UHGV virus genome: UHGV-0175150
Length of the DNA: 21,403 nucleotides
Reading direction: 5' to 3' (one strand)
From: a virus
In this document: positions 9,604 to 17,396 of the stretch, piece by piece
Layout: the number at the start of each line of letters is the position of its first letter
How positions within the stretch are numbered: position 1 is the first letter of the stretch
Program-made: the position numbers and the translations under genes
The notes under the pieces: generated by a model
Seen by the model: only the letters and a program-made list of their open reading frames with translations
Told to the model about the DNA's origin: nothing
The model's database searches: none

Positions 9604-11376
9604 ATGACCATCACCACAGACACCACTCTTTTACACGACCCGCGTCGTCAGGCGGCGCTGCTGTACTGGCAGGGGTTTTCCGTGCCGCAGATTGCCGCCA
9701 TGTTGCAGATGAAACGCCCGACGGTGCAGAGCTGGAAACAGCGCGACGGCTGGGACAGCGTTGCCCCCATCAGCCGTGTCGAAATGAGCCTGGAAGCGCG
9801 GCTGACCCAGCTCATCATCAAACCGCAGAAAACCGGCGGTGACTTCAAGGAAATTGACCTGCTGGGACGCCAGATTGAACGACTGGCACGGGTAAACCGC
9901 TACAGCCAGACCGGCAACGAGGCAGACCTTAATCCGAACGTCGCTAACCGCAACAAAGGCGGGCGTCGCAAACCGAAAAAGAATTTTTTCAGTGACGAAG
10001 CCATCGAAAAGCTGGAGCAGATTTTCTTTGAGCAGTCTTTCGACTATCAGTTGCACTGGTATCGCGCCGGGCTTGAGCACCGCATCCGCGATATCCTGAA
10101 ATCCCGCCAGATTGGCGCGACGTTTTATTTTTCCCGCGAGGCACTGCTGCGCGCCCTGAAAACCGGCCATAACCAGATTTTTCTGTCGGCCAGTAAAACG
10201 CAGGCGTATGTGTTCCGTGAATACATCATCGCCTTTGCCCGGCTGGTTGACGTTGACCTGACCGGTGACCCGATTGTCCTGGGCAATAACGGCGCAAAAC
10301 TGATTTTTCTCGGCACCAACTCCAACACCGCGCAGAGCCATAACGGCGACCTGTACGTCGATGAGATTTTCTGGATCCCGAATTTTCAGGTACTGCGTAA
10401 GGTGGCATCAGGTATGGCCTCACAGAGTCACCTGCGTTCGACCTATTTCTCCACCCCGTCCACGCTGGCGCACGACGCCTACCCGTTCTGGTCAGGTGAA
10501 CTGTTCAACCGGGGACGCGCCAGCGCCGCCGAACGCGTGGAAATCGACGTCAGTCATAACGCCCTTGCCGGTGGGCTTCTCTGTGCGGACGGCCAGTGGC
10601 GGCAGATTGTCACCATTGAGGACGCCCTGAAAGGTGGCTGCACGCTGTTCGACATTGAGCAGCTCAAACGTGAAAACAGCGCCGACGATTTTAAAAACCT
10701 GTTCATGTGTGAATTTGTTGACGACAAGGCATCGGTGTTCCCGTTCGAGGAGCTGCAACGCTGCATGGTCGACACGCTGGAAGAATGGGAAGACTATGCG
10801 CCGTTTGCCGCAAATCCGTTCGGCTCCCGCCCGGTATGGATTGGTTACGACCCGTCACACCGTGGCGACAGCGCCGGATGCGTGGTGCTGGCACCGCCGG
10901 TGGTGGCCGGTGGCAAATTCAGAATACTTGAGCGTCACCAGTGGAAAGGCATGGACTTTGCCACTCAGGCTGAATCCATCCGCAAACTCACCGAAAAATA
11001 CAACGTCGAATACATCGGTATTGATGCCACCGGCCTCGGTGTCGGCGTGTTCCAGCTCGTGCGCTCGTTCTATCCCGCCGCGCGCGACATCCGCTACACG
11101 CCGGAAATGAAAACCGCAATGGTGCTCAAGGCAAAAGACGTCATCCGCCGTGGCTGTCTGGAATATGACGTCAGCGCCACCGACATCACCAGCTCGTTTA
11201 TGGCTATCCGCAAGACCATGACCAGCAGCGGACGCAGCGCCACCTATGAGGCCAGCCGCAGCGAGGAAGCCAGCCACGCCGACCTCGCCTGGGCGACCAT
11301 GCACGCCCTGTTAAATGAGCCACTCACCGCCGGTATCAGCACCCCGCTGACATCCACCATTCTGGAGTTTTACTGA
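9604..11376 (+). CDS. P: Terminase large (ATPase) subunit gpP
   Basis: ATG at 9604 preceded by GAGG; 590 aa beginning MTITTDTTLLHDPRRQAALLYWQGF..., matching remembered P2 gpP in sequence and length. Confidence 0.92.
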   Translation: MTITTDTTLLHDPRRQAALLYWQGFSVPQIAAMLQMKRPTVQSWKQRDGWDSVAPISRVEMSLEARLTQLIIKPQKTGGDFKEIDLLGRQIERLARVNRYSQTGNEADLNPNVANRNKGGRRKPKKNFFSDEAIEKLEQIFFEQSFDYQLHWYRAGLEHRIRDILKSRQIGATFYFSREALLRALKTGHNQIFLSASKTQAYVFREYIIAFARLVDVDLTGDPIVLGNNGAKLIFLGTNSNTAQSHNGDLYVDEIFWIPNFQVLRKVASGMASQSHLRSTYFSTPSTLAHDAYPFWSGELFNRGRASAAERVEIDVSHNALAGGLLCADGQWRQIVTIEDALKGGCTLFDIEQLKRENSADDFKNLFMCEFVDDKASVFPFEELQRCMVDTLEEWEDYAPFAANPFGSRPVWIGYDPSHRGDSAGCVVLAPPVVAGGKFRILERHQWKGMDFATQAESIRKLTEKYNVEYIGIDATGLGVGVFQLVRSFYPAARDIRYTPEMKTAMVLKAKDVIRRGCLEYDVSATDITSSFMAIRKTMTSSGRSATYEASRSEEASHADLAWATMHALLNEPLTAGISTPLTSTILEFY

Positions 11377-12410
11377 TGAGCAAGAAAAAAGGGAAAACAC
11401 CGCAACCTGCGGCAAAAAAAATGACCGCCAGCGCCCCGAAAATGGAGGCATTCACCTTTGGTGAGCCGGTGCCGGTACTCGACCGCCGTGACATTCTGGA
11501 TTACGTCGAGTGCATCAGTAACGGCAGATGGTATGAGCCGCCGGTCAGCTTTACCGGTCTGGCGAAAAGCCTGCGTGCTGCCGTGCATCACAGCTCGCCG
11601 ATTTACGTCAAACGCAATATTCTGGCCTCGACATTTATCCCGCATCCGTGGCTTTCCCAGCAGGATTTCAGCCGCTTTGTGCTGGATTTTCTGGTGTTCG
11701 GTAATGCGTTTCTGGAAAAGCGTTACAGCACCACCGGTAAGGTCATCAGACTGGAAACCTCACCGGCAAAATATACCCGCCGTGGTGTGGAAGAGGATGT
11801 TTACTGGTGGGTGCCGTCCTTCAACGAACCGACAGCCTTCACGCCCGGTTCCGTGTTTCACCTGCTGGAGCCGGATATTAATCAGGAGCTGTACGGCCTG
11901 CCGGAATATCTCAGCGCCCTTAACTCTGCCTGGCTGAATGAGTCGGCCACGCTGTTCCGCCGCAAGTATTACGAAAACGGCGCACATGCCGGATACATCA
12001 TGTACGTTACCGATGCCGTGCAGGATCGCAACGATATCGAAATGCTTCGCGAAAACATGGTGAAGTCGAAAGGCCGCAACAACTTTAAAAACCTGTTTCT
12101 CTATGCCCCACAGGGGAAAGCCGACGGCATTAAAATTATCCCGCTCAGTGAAGTGGCGACGAAGGACGATTTTTTTAATATCAAAAAAGCCAGCGCCGCT
12201 GACCTGCTGGACGCACACCGCATCCCCTTTCAGTTGATGGGCGGCAAGCCGGAGAACGTCGGGTCGCTGGGTGATATTGAGAAAGTGGCAAAGGTCTTTG
12301 TCCGCAATGAGCTTATCCCGTTACAGGACAGGATTCGGGAAATAAACGGCTGGCTCGGTCAGGAGGTCATCCGCTTTAAAAACTACTCACTGGACACTGA
12401 CAACGGCTGA
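11376..12410 (+). CDS. Q: Portal protein gpQ
   Basis: 344-aa ORF, same length as P2 gpQ; start overlaps the P stop (TGATG). Confidence 0.92.
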   Translation: MSKKKGKTPQPAAKKMTASAPKMEAFTFGEPVPVLDRRDILDYVECISNGRWYEPPVSFTGLAKSLRAAVHHSSPIYVKRNILASTFIPHPWLSQQDFSRFVLDFLVFGNAFLEKRYSTTGKVIRLETSPAKYTRRGVEEDVYWWVPSFNEPTAFTPGSVFHLLEPDINQELYGLPEYLSALNSAWLNESATLFRRKYYENGAHAGYIMYVTDAVQDRNDIEMLRENMVKSKGRNNFKNLFLYAPQGKADGIKIIPLSEVATKDDFFNIKKASAADLLDAHRIPFQLMGGKPENVGSLGDIEKVAKVFVRNELIPLQDRIREINGWLGQEVIRFKNYSLDTDNG

Positions 12411-12415
12411 ACATC

Positions 12416-12437
12416 GCCGCCTGCGGGCGGCCTTTTT
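12416..12437 (+). terminator. Rho-independent terminator after Q
   Basis: GCCGCC-TGCG-GGCGGC perfect 6-bp stem with 4-nt loop, followed by CTTTTTA, 6 nt after the Q stop. Confidence 0.5.
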
Positions 12438-12578
12438 ACACTCTGTCATCACGCCCTCACACGCTCATCACCGCACAAAAAATCCCGCAGACACACCAAC
12501 CCCCAACGGGCAGACTAAACGCCGTCACGACGCGCTCAGACGCTGAAAAAATAAAATCAGCACCACCGCCAGCGCGCA

Positions 12579-12597
12579 GTGCTTTCCCCGCCTCGCC
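12579..12597. other. cos site (19-nt cohesive end of P2-like phages)
   Basis: GTGCTTTCCCCGCCTCGCC is the reverse complement of GGCGAGGCGGGGAAAGCAC, which I recall as the P2 cohesive end; it lies immediately beyond Q, where cos sits in P2. Confidence 0.55.
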
Positions 12598-12720
12598 CGC
12601 CCGCTTCATGGGGCGGTTTTAATGCAGTTGCACGAACACGCCAGAGGCACACCATCACTGGCAGCGATCAAACACAACAGGGGAGGGATGCGCATGCAAT
12701 TTGATGCTTGTTAATGCGTT

Positions 12721-13383
12721 TTAAAAGTCCATCTCTTTACCATGCATTTCCTTATAATTCTTCCGTATTTCCATTTGCTTTTTATAGCTAATTTTCATAA
12801 TTTCCAAAAGCTCTTTAGGCATCCTTAATTTGTATTGTTTCATTGATGTTTTAACCACAAAGAAACCACTACGAAAACTTGGATTACCATTCTCACTTAA
12901 GCTTTTATAGAACCTCATATTTCCCAGCTTTGCAAAAGGATAGAAGGCAAACTCCCATTTCTCTCCTACTTGGTATAAAGAATACGGCATTTCCTTCCCA
13001 TTTGCTTTTAGTTTGTTTATGTTAAAATGATTATTTACCCCACTAACTTCTAAGCAAAACTCTTGTATATGTACCGGAACGTTCCGCAAATTTACAACCT
13101 CAATATTGGCACAATAATTTTCTTTGTCTACGCTAGGGTAAGGCTTATAGGTTAAACTTAATTTTTCAACATTATTTTGTGATGCTTGGTATGTCGCATA
13201 CAATGAAATAATCACTGCGACTGACGTTGCAATTCCTGAGACCCATCCTCCGATCATTGCTAAATAAGCAACAGCATCTTTATGCTCTGGTTTCGCCCAT
13301 TCAGCCTGAATAGAGCCTAACCATAAACCGAAAGCAAACATACAAATACCAACCAATAAAAAAGAAATTATTTTCCAAAGCAT
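12721..13383 (-). CDS. Hypothetical membrane-anchored protein (two N-terminal TM helices plus ~150-aa soluble domain); AT-rich cargo gene
   Basis: 220-aa ORF with ATG at 13381..13383 and GAGG 8 nt upstream; TM1 about residues 4-23, TM2 about 41-62; composition visibly more AT-rich than the flanking phage genes; no recognisable motif. Confidence 0.7.
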   Translation of the reverse strand: MLWKIISFLLVGICMFAFGLWLGSIQAEWAKPEHKDAVAYLAMIGGWVSGIATSVAVIISLYATYQASQNNVEKLSLTYKPYPSVDKENYCANIEVVNLRNVPVHIQEFCLEVSGVNNHFNINKLKANGKEMPYSLYQVGEKWEFAFYPFAKLGNMRFYKSLSENGNPSFRSGFFVVKTSMKQYKLRMPKELLEIMKISYKKQMEIRKNYKEMHGKEMDF

Positions 13384-13408
13384 TTTATCTGCCTCAAATG
13401 ATTTTAAT

Positions 13409-13477
13409 CTAACGCCTCACGATGCTCTTTGTTTAACCCCGCCAGCACTGAAAACAAGTTTCAGTACTGGCGGCGTT
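13409..13477. repeat. Copy A of a ~69-bp repeat containing an imperfect stem-loop (13435..13477)
   Basis: CTAACGCCTC...CGCCAGCACTGAAA-ACAAG-TTTCAGTACTGGCGGCGTT; about 85% identical to copy B at 14382..14450; lies between the two cargo genes. Confidence 0.7.
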
Positions 13478-13491
13478 TGTCACTATATTGT

Positions 13492-14223
13492 TTAATTGTC
13501 GAGTATCGAATCGACCTCACCCGTTCGCACGTTGACGCGCGCCGCTACGGTCTGCTTTACCACTCCACCATAAGCATTAGTGCCGCGAAACGTGGTTTTC
13601 ACAATAGCGTGCGGGTCTTTATTCAAAACCAAATGATATACCGTTGATACATGTTTATAAGATGAATCATCGTTCATATTCTCTTTAATTAGCTTTTCCA
13701 ATGGTCGATAAGAACCATCCCAACCACTAAAATTACTCTGAAATGTATCAAGGTTGATTTTATTGTTTAGTGATTTCGGATCTTTTTCATAATCATTAAA
13801 GCACCACCCAAGAACATCACCGAGTTTCAACTCATCATCTTTGGTAAAAGTATATTCACTCATGCAAGCATAAAATGCATCTGATGCGGTGACTGGCACT
13901 TCCTTAAAATCAATGTAACTATTCACAATATCGTGTCGAGTTTTCTTTGGCTCGTTCCGATATTCCTTGAGTGTTTTTTCACCATATTCGAATGTTTTTT
14001 GGACTTGGTGTTCTGCAACGGTTGATGTTTCAGTTTTAGCAACTGGCTGGCTTTTTTCTGTTGGATAGAGTATTGAACCAATTATGCTCAATACAAAACC
14101 TCCTCCGAGATAAACCGCACTTGCACGTTTGCGGCTTGGCATTCGCACCAGTGATGGTTTGATTAACCCGATGAAAAAAGCAACGAAAAAAGCGAGTGAT
14201 AGAAAAGCGATTACAGTATCCAT
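13492..14223 (-). CDS. Hypothetical membrane-anchored protein (two N-terminal TM helices plus ~190-aa soluble domain); AT-rich cargo gene
   Basis: Start taken at ATG 14221..14223 (MDTVIAFLSLAFFVAFFIGLI...) with AAGGA 5 nt upstream, giving 243 aa; the track ORF begins 8 codons earlier at a GTG. A strongly basic loop (KPSLVRMPSRKRAS) separates the two TM segments. Body is AT-rich but the last ~120 nt are GC-rich. Confidence 0.7.
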   Translation of the reverse strand: MDTVIAFLSLAFFVAFFIGLIKPSLVRMPSRKRASAVYLGGGFVLSIIGSILYPTEKSQPVAKTETSTVAEHQVQKTFEYGEKTLKEYRNEPKKTRHDIVNSYIDFKEVPVTASDAFYACMSEYTFTKDDELKLGDVLGWCFNDYEKDPKSLNNKINLDTFQSNFSGWDGSYRPLEKLIKENMNDDSSYKHVSTVYHLVLNKDPHAIVKTTFRGTNAYGGVVKQTVAARVNVRTGEVDSILDN

Positions 14224-14381
14224 AGCTATCCTTTTTGCATCATCCACATAAAAAATCGACCTTATGTTAGCAACAGGAAGCTTACTTTTGAATATTTGTA
14301 AGTTGTTAGCTTTAGCTCTCCGAGCTAACTCCTTTCAACCGTCAAAAAACAGCACCAACTCAGTAAAAATATGAATGTCAA

Positions 14382-14450
14382 CTAACGCCTCGCTTCGCTC
14401 GTTGTTCAACGCCGCCAGCCCTGAAAACAAGTTTCACGACTGGCGGCGTT
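14382..14450. repeat. Copy B of the ~69-bp stem-loop repeat
   Basis: CTAACGCCTC...AACGCCGCCAG (perfect 11-bp arm) ...ACAAG... CTGGCGGCGTT; ends 3 nt from the stop of the small ORF at 14453. Confidence 0.7.
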
Positions 14451-14452
14451 CT

Positions 14453-14659
14453 CTATCGTCTGCGTGGTGGTGACGTAACTCTGGATTGACCGATATGGTT
14501 AAACCGCCCGTAATTATCCCGGACTATTTCGGCACACCCGACCAGCTCATCGGGCGTCAGATTTTCGTTGACCATAATCCGCTGTAAACGCTGAACAATA
14601 GCCATCAGCTTGATATTTTTAGTTTTATGGTGCGGTATCTCGCCTGGTATTCTGTGCAT
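14453..14659 (-). CDS. Small hypothetical protein (68 aa), translationally coupled to the upstream ASCH/HExxH gene
   Basis: ATG at 14657..14659 shares 1 nt with the TAA stop of the upstream gene; product MHRIPGEIPHHKTKNIKLMAIVQRL...; no recognisable motif; could be a non-coding overlap. Confidence 0.4.
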   Translation of the reverse strand: MHRIPGEIPHHKTKNIKLMAIVQRLQRIMVNENLTPDELVGCAEIVRDNYGRFNHIGQSRVTSPPRRR

Positions 14660-15111
14660 TATCCAAGCCACCCGTTTTGCTGTGCACGCTCCATCTGTTC
14701 ATCTGAATAGTTCCATGCTCCATCCGTGGCAACCATTGCCCCGCCAGACATCCCCGTCTCTGGTTCATACATAACAGCAAGGCCGAGCTGATGCATAATT
14801 TCATGATTAATTCTGAATACCAGGCCACGCTCACTAAGTTCTTTCCAGTTCACAATCTCATATGCACCTGTATTAAACAGCTCAATACTTAGCAAGACAT
14901 AATCTTCCAGCCAGTCTGACAGGTCAGTAACATCTGTTATCCGGGCTTCAACCTTTCGCCCCGTATACACACCCTGCACCCATTCATGCAAAATCAACGT
15001 GTCCCCGCGCTCATAATTACGGTCATTTTTCCGAAACTCTGCGCGTTTTTTTCCTTCCAGAACAAGGTCAAAATATTTTGCGTGCAGCTTTACCTCGTGA
15101 ATTTTTGCCAT
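14659..15111 (-). CDS. ASCH/DUF3850-like domain protein with a C-terminal HExxH (HEIMH) motif; unknown function
   Basis: ATG at 15109..15111 shares 1 nt with the gpA stop; 150 aa. N-terminal MAKIHEVKLHAKYFDLVLEGKKRAEFRKNDRNYERGDTLILHEW has the signature pattern of DUF3850/ASCH-fold proteins (from memory). C-terminal part has FRINHEIMHQLGLAVMYEPE. Confidence 0.75.
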   Translation of the reverse strand: MAKIHEVKLHAKYFDLVLEGKKRAEFRKNDRNYERGDTLILHEWVQGVYTGRKVEARITDVTDLSDWLEDYVLLSIELFNTGAYEIVNWKELSERGLVFRINHEIMHQLGLAVMYEPETGMSGGAMVATDGAWNYSDEQMERAQQNGWLG

Positions 15112-17396
15112 TATGTCCACTCCATTACTGTTGAGAATCCCGGCCACTCATCAGCGACCGGATACGTGAAGTTTTTCCCGTCATAATTTACGGTTGCCCC
15201 ACGCGCCAGCGCCTCAAGCTCCCATCGCTGCGGCCTGATACCGTTCTGAGCAAGGTCAACGCGGATACGGGTAATTTGCATTCGTTCCGACCGGGTCATT
15301 CTGGCCGATGGCGCCATTTCATGCGGTTTTAACGGGCTTCCGGCTCTTTGCTGACGATTTGGTGTTCTCAGGCCGTGTTTTAATGCGCCCCTGAGCGCCC
15401 TCACGACATCCGGGTCATTCCATTCGATAACACCGTCATCAACCAGATTAAGCACTGCTGCGGCGTGCTCAGAAGGTGTGGGAGCCGGTAACGAAGTATC
15501 ACCACCGGTGAGCTTTCCACAGTTATTGACAGGACTCCGAGGCGCGGCGATGCCGCTTTTTAAAGTCAAAGGCTCAACGACAGGAACTTTCGGAACAATG
15601 CGCCAGTCCGTGGTTCTGGTGATATGAATATGACGCGCGCCGAGATGCGGCGCGTAAATGCCGACCACTCTCTCGACTTCTTCCTCATACTCGTTAACGT
15701 CATCCGACGGGCTACGGGCAACCCTGACAGTCTGACAATCGCGCGGGACATTTGCCCCACCCTGCGCGCTGATATACAACGCAAAATCACCACTGTCTGC
15801 GGCGGCGCGTGCAGCCTCGACGCGTTCGTCAAACTCATCAGCAATGCTGACGCCACGAGGCAATTTGCGTAGTTCACGGTAAGCCCCCATTGTCGGCAGA
15901 CCAACCGTTTTAAATTGCGGGATACGCCACGTTGACGCCCATGCGGTAACAGCCGCTGCAGTGTCTTTCAGCGGCCTGCCGGTATCGTTATCGAGCTGAT
16001 CATCCAGTGCATAGCCGTCGATGTTTTTTGAAATGTATTTCGCGATATATCCCGCTGCACCGCCCCGGTTAAGGTGTTTTGCCTGAAAACGGTTTCGCGC
16101 GGCTCCTCTTTCGTCGCCATCCTCTTTGAGCGCATAGCGACGCATGATTTCGATAATCTGGTTACGCTGGCGTGGATTACAAAAAAGCATCATATGCCAG
16201 TGCGGCGTTCCGTCGTGGTGTGGCTCAACAACACGCAAACCATAAGCCTGTAAATCATTATCCTTGAATGCCGTGCGCATCAGGCTCCAGATACGGCAGA
16301 GATAACGCTGCGCATCCTTTGGATTAAATGCCTCATCATTCCAGCCGTGATTAAGCTTGACGGTTTTACTTTCGCCTTTTCCGACCTGACGTGTCGGGTG
16401 ATACTTTGACGGCGCGGTCAGCGTGATAAACATCCCCACATCACCCTCTGCGGCGGCGTAACGCTCAATTCCGGCGATGGTGTTCATCAGCTCCATCCGG
16501 CGAATTTCAGGATTAGAAATACTGCCCATCACCTTACTGATAAGGTCGATGCGTTCGCCGGTTTCCCTGTTTTCAAGGTCACACGATTTAAGAAATTCCA
16601 GATTTGCCTGGCGGCGCGCACGCACATCACGAATGGCATGTTTACTGGCATAAGGAGAACGGTCTTTATTGACCTCCCCGACAGCAATCAGTAACGCCTC
16701 ATGCCAGCGCATACGCTGGCCTTTAAGCTGATGAGTCCACCACTCATCGTTAAACAGACGGGCAATGGCAGAATATGCCTGCCTCGTGGTCATCTGCCCT
16801 TTACGGTATTTTTTCCAGTAGAGCGGGGAAATATTGAAAGCACGTGCAGCGCCAGCAACATGACCATACAGGTGAGCCTGCGCCTCATCCGTAAACAGCG
16901 ATTCTTTCTCGCCATGCGCATCCACCCAGGCATCGCAGAGTTCCTCATACATCATGAAAAGCTGTGATGAGATACGGGCGGCAAACTTTTTCAGCTCCTT
17001 GTCATTCATCCCCGGCAGGCGCGCATACTGGTCGCGCTCTGCCAGAAACAGCAACGACGCGTCGGTGTTCATTTCATGGCGCTGATTCACACGCTCAATG
17101 CGCGGCCATAAACGACGCTGAAAAGTGGATGTGAGGAAATAAAACCCGTGCACCGGGCTTTTATTGCGCCGGATGTAGTCATAGCGTGAAGTAAACAGCG
17201 AGCGCAAAAAATAAGGCAGGCGGTTAATCGTGGATAAAACACCTTGCACCTGACGCATCTCGTCACGTGTAAGAGGTCTTTCGCGCCCGACAGCCTCGCG
17301 TGGCGCGTTCCATGCATAAGCACCGGTAAACGCCTTACCGGTGCCTGCGGTAAATGCTGACGGAGGGACAAAACGCCCGGAGGCTTTAACGGCCAT
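15111..17396 (-). CDS. A: Replication initiation protein gpA (rolling-circle nickase)
   Basis: Start taken at ATG 17394..17396 (MAVKASGRFVPPSAF...) giving 761 aa, the P2 gpA length; the track ORF begins 14 codons upstream at a TTG. Confidence 0.92.
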   Translation of the reverse strand: MAVKASGRFVPPSAFTAGTGKAFTGAYAWNAPREAVGRERPLTRDEMRQVQGVLSTINRLPYFLRSLFTSRYDYIRRNKSPVHGFYFLTSTFQRRLWPRIERVNQRHEMNTDASLLFLAERDQYARLPGMNDKELKKFAARISSQLFMMYEELCDAWVDAHGEKESLFTDEAQAHLYGHVAGAARAFNISPLYWKKYRKGQMTTRQAYSAIARLFNDEWWTHQLKGQRMRWHEALLIAVGEVNKDRSPYASKHAIRDVRARRQANLEFLKSCDLENRETGERIDLISKVMGSISNPEIRRMELMNTIAGIERYAAAEGDVGMFITLTAPSKYHPTRQVGKGESKTVKLNHGWNDEAFNPKDAQRYLCRIWSLMRTAFKDNDLQAYGLRVVEPHHDGTPHWHMMLFCNPRQRNQIIEIMRRYALKEDGDERGAARNRFQAKHLNRGGAAGYIAKYISKNIDGYALDDQLDNDTGRPLKDTAAAVTAWASTWRIPQFKTVGLPTMGAYRELRKLPRGVSIADEFDERVEAARAAADSGDFALYISAQGGANVPRDCQTVRVARSPSDDVNEYEEEVERVVGIYAPHLGARHIHITRTTDWRIVPKVPVVEPLTLKSGIAAPRSPVNNCGKLTGGDTSLPAPTPSEHAAAVLNLVDDGVIEWNDPDVVRALRGALKHGLRTPNRQQRAGSPLKPHEMAPSARMTRSERMQITRIRVDLAQNGIRPQRWELEALARGATVNYDGKNFTYPVADEWPGFSTVMEWT

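Noticed and set aside
9631-10341. 236-aa minus-strand ORF (and others such as 10855..11304, 11760..12218) inside P and Q
   Set aside because: Entirely antisense to the terminase and portal genes, whose identity is strongly supported; low-complexity translations typical of antisense frames.
13429-13647. 72-aa plus-strand ORF spanning repeat copy A and the 3' end of the membrane-protein gene
   Set aside because: Overlaps the repeat and the opposite-strand gene, with no RBS; most likely spurious. A short plus-strand transcript terminating at the hairpin cannot be excluded.
13409-14450. Possibility that the repeated stem-loop elements are a CRISPR array
   Set aside because: Only two clear copies, about 900 bp apart with a protein-coding gene between them; the units are ~69 bp and imperfect. 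This is not CRISPR repeat-spacer architecture.
14625-14834. 69-aa minus-strand ORF overlapping the ASCH/HExxH gene in another frame
   Set aside because: Fully embedded in a better-supported gene, with no start context and no motif.
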